Origin: Archangiaceae bacterium
Lineage (GTDB): Bacteria > Myxococcota > Myxococcia > Myxococcales > Myxococcaceae
NCBI GenBank assembly: GCA_043750125.1
Contig: JAYVCD010000022.1
Span: 1-11,440 of the forward strand
Direction: 5' to 3'
Length of the DNA: 11,440 nucleotides
Shown: piece by piece, positions 7,783-11,440 of the stretch
Layout: each line of letters opens with the position of its first letter
Numbering within the stretch: the first letter of the stretch is position 1
The notes under the pieces: generated by a model
What the model saw: the letters and a program-made list of their open reading frames with translations, nothing else
Told to the model about the DNA's origin: nothing
Databases searched by the model: none
Program-made: the position numbers and the translations under genes

Positions 7783-8994
7783 TCAGTTCGGGTAGCCCCG
7801 CCACACCCACGAAAGCGTATCGGCCAGCGTGGCTTGCCAGGCTCGGCCGTCGCAGTGTCCCAGGCCCAACGCGTACATGAAGCGGTAGTGGTAGCCCTTG
7901 GTCTTGAAGGCCGCGGCCATGCGTTGGTTGGCCATCACCCAGTTGTGGTGTCCGCTCTCTGGAGCGTTGAACCCGTTGTCCATCTCATTGACGTTGAGGA
8001 AGACGCGCAGCGGCTTGAGAACGGCGTTGGAAATCAGCTGCAAGCTGGTGTGGTATTCCCAGGCGCCCAGTGGGTAGGTGGCAAATTCCGGCTGCCCGTT
8101 GTCCTGCTGCGCGACGAAGGTGCCGGAATAGGTGATCGCCTTGCGAAAGAGGTCGGGGCGAAACCAGGCCATGGTGAACGCGGCCGCACCTCCCGAGCTG
8201 CAACCGTAGGTGGCCTTCCCTTCGGGATCCGTGGTGAACGCCAGGTTGGGGTACGCGAGCTTGATCGCGGTGTTGGCCAGAACCGCCGGCAAGACCTCGA
8301 GTTGGATGAAGCGCGCGTAGCGGTCGGACATCGTGTCGTACTCGAGCCCCCGTTCACTGCCCTGCGCGTCGTTGCCGCCGTTCTGCACCGCGATGGCGAT
8401 GAAGGCGGGAATCTTCTTGTAGGGGTTGGTCGAGATGGTGAGGTTGTCGAGGGCGAAGCTGATTTCGTTGAACGGCCCCGGCCCATCTTGAATCACCAGA
8501 ATGGGCGCCTTGGTCCCGTCGACGTACTTTGCCGGAACGTAGACTTTGATTTGTCGGGTCAGCAGCCGCGGCTTCGAGGCCAACAGCGTCACGTCGGTGC
8601 CGTCGAAGATGACGCTCTTCGTCGAGTCCATCGTGAAGGTGAAGCTCTTCCCTTTCGGTGCGCCCATGTCGGTGAGGTCGGGCTGGGTCACGTAGGTGCT
8701 GATGGTGAAATCTCCATCGCCCACGGTGCCTGCGTCGACCGGGCCGGCGTCCACCTTGCCTGCATCGACAGACGGAATCCCGCCGTCCACCCCGCCGGCG
8801 TCGAAGGTCCCCGCATCATCGGACTGTCCGGCATCATCGGGCAGGCCCGCCCCCCCATCGCCCGCATCGGGCGGCGGGTTTGCGCCCGCGTCCTTCCCGG
8901 GACCCAGAAATCCCGAATCGACGGTGGGCACTGCGCCACCGCACCCAACGAGGCACAACAACAAAGCGCAAGCGCTGGGGCCGAGAACACGCAT
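7783..8994 (-). CDS. Lipoprotein alpha/beta-hydrolase (putative esterase, enterochelin-esterase-like), 403 aa
   Basis: ATG 8994, hydrophobic signal and lipobox LVG-C18, DAG-rich linker, then IKVYVPA, LVIQDG, RGLEYDTMSDRYARFI..EVLP, nucleophile elbow GCSSGG and C-terminal GLGHC. Confidence 0.87.
   Translation of the reverse strand: MRVLGPSACALLLCLVGCGGAVPTVDSGFLGPGKDAGANPPPDAGDGGAGLPDDAGQSDDAGTFDAGGVDGGIPSVDAGKVDAGPVDAGTVGDGDFTISTYVTQPDLTDMGAPKGKSFTFTMDSTKSVIFDGTDVTLLASKPRLLTRQIKVYVPAKYVDGTKAPILVIQDGPGPFNEISFALDNLTISTNPYKKIPAFIAIAVQNGGNDAQGSERGLEYDTMSDRYARFIQLEVLPAVLANTAIKLAYPNLAFTTDPEGKATYGCSSGGAAAFTMAWFRPDLFRKAITYSGTFVAQQDNGQPEFATYPLGAWEYHTSLQLISNAVLKPLRVFLNVNEMDNGFNAPESGHHNWVMANQRMAAAFKTKGYHYRFMYALGLGHCDGRAWQATLADTLSWVWRGYPN
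8728..8892 (-). repeat. Low-complexity Asp-Ala-Gly (DAG) peptide repeat linker
   Basis: Eight DAG tripeptides plus DGG variants between the lipobox and the hydrolase domain. Confidence 0.85.
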
Positions 8995-9196
8995 GCGAGC
9001 AACCGTAGCCCTGAGCGAGGACAAAGGTCGACCGGGCTCAAAGGGGCTGTCACGAGATTTCACCCCACTTGACGCTCTGAGCCGCACAAATCGCGTTGCC
9101 AGAAACTCGGCATTGATGGCCAGCCGACTGGCCCACAGGAGTCGAGGGACGGGGGAGACGACGGTACCGACGGTTGTAGGCTCGTCCAGCAACAGC

Positions 9197-9595
9197 TCAC
9201 TGCTTCCGCGGCATCTTGAAAAGCTTGAGCCAGCGCAGTCTGGCCATTCGTTCAAAATCACCATCGAGCGACCACACCGCCCCGCCACGCTCCGCGGCAA
9301 GCGCGCCGATCAGCAGATCCCCCAGACCGAAGCGCTGCCCCCTTGCCGCCGCCCGAAGCGCCCACTCTTCGATCAAGCTCCAGGTGTCGTTCGACGGAAC
9401 GAACGGGGGTAAGGCCCAAAGCGTGCGCTGTAAGCGGCCCACGTCGCCTGCCCGGGTGCCTGCGAGCAACTCGACCTTCACCGGGATTGCGAGCGCGACT
9501 TCGTCACCATCAATCAGGTCATCGAGAGTTTGTCGGATCAACGGGTCGCCCAGCCGCAGGTAGGCGACCCAGACCGAGGTGTCGACGAAGATCAG
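9197..9595 (-). CDS. vapC: VapC-type PIN-domain ribonuclease toxin, 132 aa
   Basis: Extending upstream of the track start (9541) gives (M)IFVDTSVWVAYLR. PIN acidic residues seen in VDTS, KVELL, GLGDLLI and SLDGDF. The codon at the expected start, overlapping the vapB stop, is CTG (9595-9593). Confidence 0.9.
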   Translation of the reverse strand: MIFVDTSVWVAYLRLGDPLIRQTLDDLIDGDEVALAIPVKVELLAGTRAGDVGRLQRTLWALPPFVPSNDTWSLIEEWALRAAARGQRFGLGDLLIGALAAERGGAVWSLDGDFERMARLRWLKLFKMPRKQ

Positions 9596-9798
9596 GACCG
9601 CTTCACCGGTCGTCGACGCGAGCGCGCGGTGTCCACCGACACCTCGATCTTTCCAGCCAATGACTTGAGCTCTTGGAGCGCGCGGCGGCGCAGCAACTCA
9701 CGAAGGGCATAGATGATGGTGTCGGTCTTCGATTTGAATTGAAGGCTCGCCATCGCCTCGTTGACGAGGTCGGCTGGAAGGTCGAGGGTCGTACGCAT
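9592..9798 (-). CDS. vapB: VapB-type antitoxin (ribbon-helix-helix), 68 aa
   Basis: MRTTLDLPADLVNEAM...SKTDTIIYALRELLRRR is a typical RHH VapB N-terminus. It lies directly upstream of the PIN gene and overlaps it by 4 nt. Confidence 0.88.
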   Translation of the reverse strand: MRTTLDLPADLVNEAMASLQFKSKTDTIIYALRELLRRRALQELKSLAGKIEVSVDTARSRRRPVKRS

Positions 9799-9833
9799 AC
9801 TTAAAACGTAATTCGTATGCTTTCTGCCAGCAA
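9795..9833 (-). promoter_or_regulatory. sigma70-type leaderless promoter of vapBC with inverted-repeat operator
   Basis: Minus strand: TTGCTG (9833-9828), 17 nt, TACGTT (9810-9805), 6 nt, ATG (9798). Inverted repeat GCATAC (9795-9800) / GTATGC (9815-9820) brackets the -10. AT-rich patch, no Shine-Dalgarno. Confidence 0.7.
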
Positions 9834-9906
9834 CCCGAAGCCGTTTCATGCATCTGAAGTCGTTCTCAAGCTACGACGGCGCGCCGGGCGAAGTCATCCG
9901 CCCGAT

Positions 9907-11340
9907 TCAGTCCGGTCGCGCACTGAGCGACATCAACAGATCTCGCTGGGACTGACTCAGAATGCGTGGGAATTTCTGCTGCACGTTCGAGAAACCGAGG
10001 ACATCGCGAAACCGCTGCAGCGACCCGGCCTCAAGGCAGGCAATCCTCGAGGGCAAGATCGCTACGTCGCCCGCGCGGTGAAGGCCGTAGACCCGGTTCT
10101 CATCGCAGAGACTTCGATCCAGCTCTCGCTCGAGCTCTGGCAGATTCGAAGGCCGCCGGTCGAACTCCATCCACACCACGTACCGGCCACGACCGGCGCC
10201 GCCCAAAGGCACCTCGGTCGACGCGACAAACTGCGCGCTCGCCCCCGAGTGGACCAGGGCTCTGCCCACCGCCCGCTCGAGCTCTCGCTGAGTCGTCAGC
10301 TCCTGGGTCAAAGAGAGCATCCCCTGGACTCGTCCCGCGAAGACCAGTCGATGCGGCGCGGTGTGGGTGAAGCGGACGAGATCTCCGAGCTCGTAGGCGA
10401 ACAGCCCGGATGCGGTGGACACCACGACCGCGTAGTCCAGACCGGTCTCGACCTCCCACAACGGCACGCGACGGGGTCCGGGCTTGCCGAGGTCCTCTTT
10501 GGGAATGAACTCGAAGAAGACGCCGCGGTCTGGAAGCACCAACAGGCTGTCGTCATCGCTCCGGTCGGTGGCGGCAAAGATGCCTCCTTCGGTCGCATTG
10601 TAATTGTCGATGAAGCTGATCGGCCTGCCGACCTGGGTCTCGATGAGCGCGCGGTAGGGTGCCGCGGGGACACCGCCCCCGAAGAGCACTTTGAGCCCGG
10701 GCCAAACCGCTGACACGCCCCCGGCCGAATCGCCCCGCTCGCGCGCGGCCTTCAGGATCCGCTCGAAGACCAGCGGGAACCAGCAAGTGGTGCCACTCAA
10801 GGACCGGACGTCGTGCGCCAGATAACGGTCCGCGAGCCTGTCGAGCTTGGTCTCACAATCCTCGATGTCGCGAACGTCGTCGTCCGGAAGCGCATGCCGC
10901 CTGGCCAGAAGCGGCAGATGCCGGGACATCAACCCCGGGTTGCTGCCCACCTCCACGGTTCCTTCGCGGTCGACCGAGCCCGGCGGCCACAGACACAAGG
11001 TGTACCCAGCTCCGAACGAGCGGTCATTCGCCGTTGCCACGTACCGGGCGACCAGATCGAAGCCAGCGCGTTGTTGCCAACGAATCTGCTCGCTCGATAC
11101 GGGCAGAACCTTCTTCTGAGCAGAGGTGCCTGAGGTCCCCGACGAGAGGGCGAAGTAGGGAACTGTGCCCGGCCACAACACGCTGGGCTCGCCCGCGCGC
11201 ATCCGCAACAGCCAGGGTTCGTAGTCTGCGTAGGTCCGGCAATGCACCCGCTCGCGAAAACGCTCGTAACTGGTGATCGACCCCAGCCCTTGCTCCCGGC
11301 CAAAAGCGGTGTCTCTCGAGGCGTGGCAATGCGAAAGCAG
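9907..11340 (-). CDS. GH3-family acyl-acid amido synthetase (adenylate-forming), start uncertain
   Basis: GH3 motifs YFALSSGTSG...KKVLP, YNATEG and GLFAYELGDLV, plus C-terminal QQKFPRI. GH3-like sequence (LLSHCHASRDTAFGREQGLGSITSYERFRERV) continues upstream of the track GTG 11247 to about 11340, with no in-frame ATG/GTG/TTG there. Confidence 0.85.
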   Translation of the reverse strand: MLSHCHASRDTAFGREQGLGSITSYERFRERVHCRTYADYEPWLLRMRAGEPSVLWPGTVPYFALSSGTSGTSAQKKVLPVSSEQIRWQQRAGFDLVARYVATANDRSFGAGYTLCLWPPGSVDREGTVEVGSNPGLMSRHLPLLARRHALPDDDVRDIEDCETKLDRLADRYLAHDVRSLSGTTCWFPLVFERILKAARERGDSAGGVSAVWPGLKVLFGGGVPAAPYRALIETQVGRPISFIDNYNATEGGIFAATDRSDDDSLLVLPDRGVFFEFIPKEDLGKPGPRRVPLWEVETGLDYAVVVSTASGLFAYELGDLVRFTHTAPHRLVFAGRVQGMLSLTQELTTQRELERAVGRALVHSGASAQFVASTEVPLGGAGRGRYVVWMEFDRRPSNLPELERELDRSLCDENRVYGLHRAGDVAILPSRIACLEAGSLQRFRDVLGFSNVQQKFPRILSQSQRDLLMSLSARPD

Positions 11341-11353
11341 CGGGGTCGGGATC

Positions 11354-11371
11354 TCATCCTGAGCGGAGTCG
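11354..11371 (+). repeat. REP-like fragment TCATCCTGAGCGGAGTCG
   Basis: Matches the minus-strand copy in the GT4 linker (TCATCCCGAGAGCAGTCG) at 15 of 18 positions. Confidence 0.5.
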
Positions 11372-11421
11372 TTGTGCGGGTGTGACCATCTGAGGCAAGA
11401 GGGTCGCGGGAGGAGCCCGCG

Positions 11422-11440
11422 ATGCCGAAGAGGAAGAAGG
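11422..11440 (+). CDS. Probable start of a divergent gene (MPKRKK...), 3'-partial
   Basis: GGAGGAG (11409-11415) lies 6 nt before ATG 11422 and the frame is open to the window end. Only 6 codons are visible. Confidence 0.4.

Noticed and set aside
8995-9300. 102-aa N-terminal extension of the esterase ORF (track start 9300)
   Set aside because: It overlaps vapC and would bury the signal peptide and lipobox that begin at ATG 8994.
9885-9904. CGGGCG/CGCCCG hairpin after the GH3 stop as an intrinsic terminator
   Set aside because: Only a 6-bp stem with no U-tract on the minus strand, so not supportable.
396-11357. Numerous long antisense and alternate-frame ORFs (e.g. 1659..2870 -, 4358..5422 +, 6723..7691 -, 7564..9072 +, 9817..10713 +)
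   Set aside because: They shadow well-supported genes. Long stop-free frames are expected with high-GC codon bias, and they show no domain motifs.
1-11440. tRNA/rRNA genes, transposases, integrases
   Set aside because: None recognised. Coding genes cover nearly the whole window and the gaps show no such signatures by eye.

Overview
High-GC, gene-dense bacterial window. A Myxococcota-like origin is inferred from the DAG-repeat lipoprotein and gene content, not proven. From left to right: (1) the 3' end of a tandem-CBS-domain gene; (2) two paralogous ATP-grasp ligase genes placed head-to-head about 40 bp apart, the second coupled to an N-formylglutamate-amidohydrolase-like gene, together a candidate peptide/amide ligation-and-hydrolysis module; (3) a glycosyltransferase block with a small coiled-coil gene, a double-GT4 gene broken by one in-frame TGA and carrying REP-like repeats in its linker, and a divergent single GT4; (4) a lipoprotein alpha/beta-hydrolase with Cys next to both predicted catalytic Ser and His; (5) a vapBC toxin-antitoxin pair with a leaderless sigma70-type promoter and an apparent CTG start for the toxin; (6) a GH3-family acyl-acid amido synthetase gene with an unresolved 5' end; (7) the probable start of a divergent gene at the right edge. 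All family calls are from motif recognition by eye; no searches were run.
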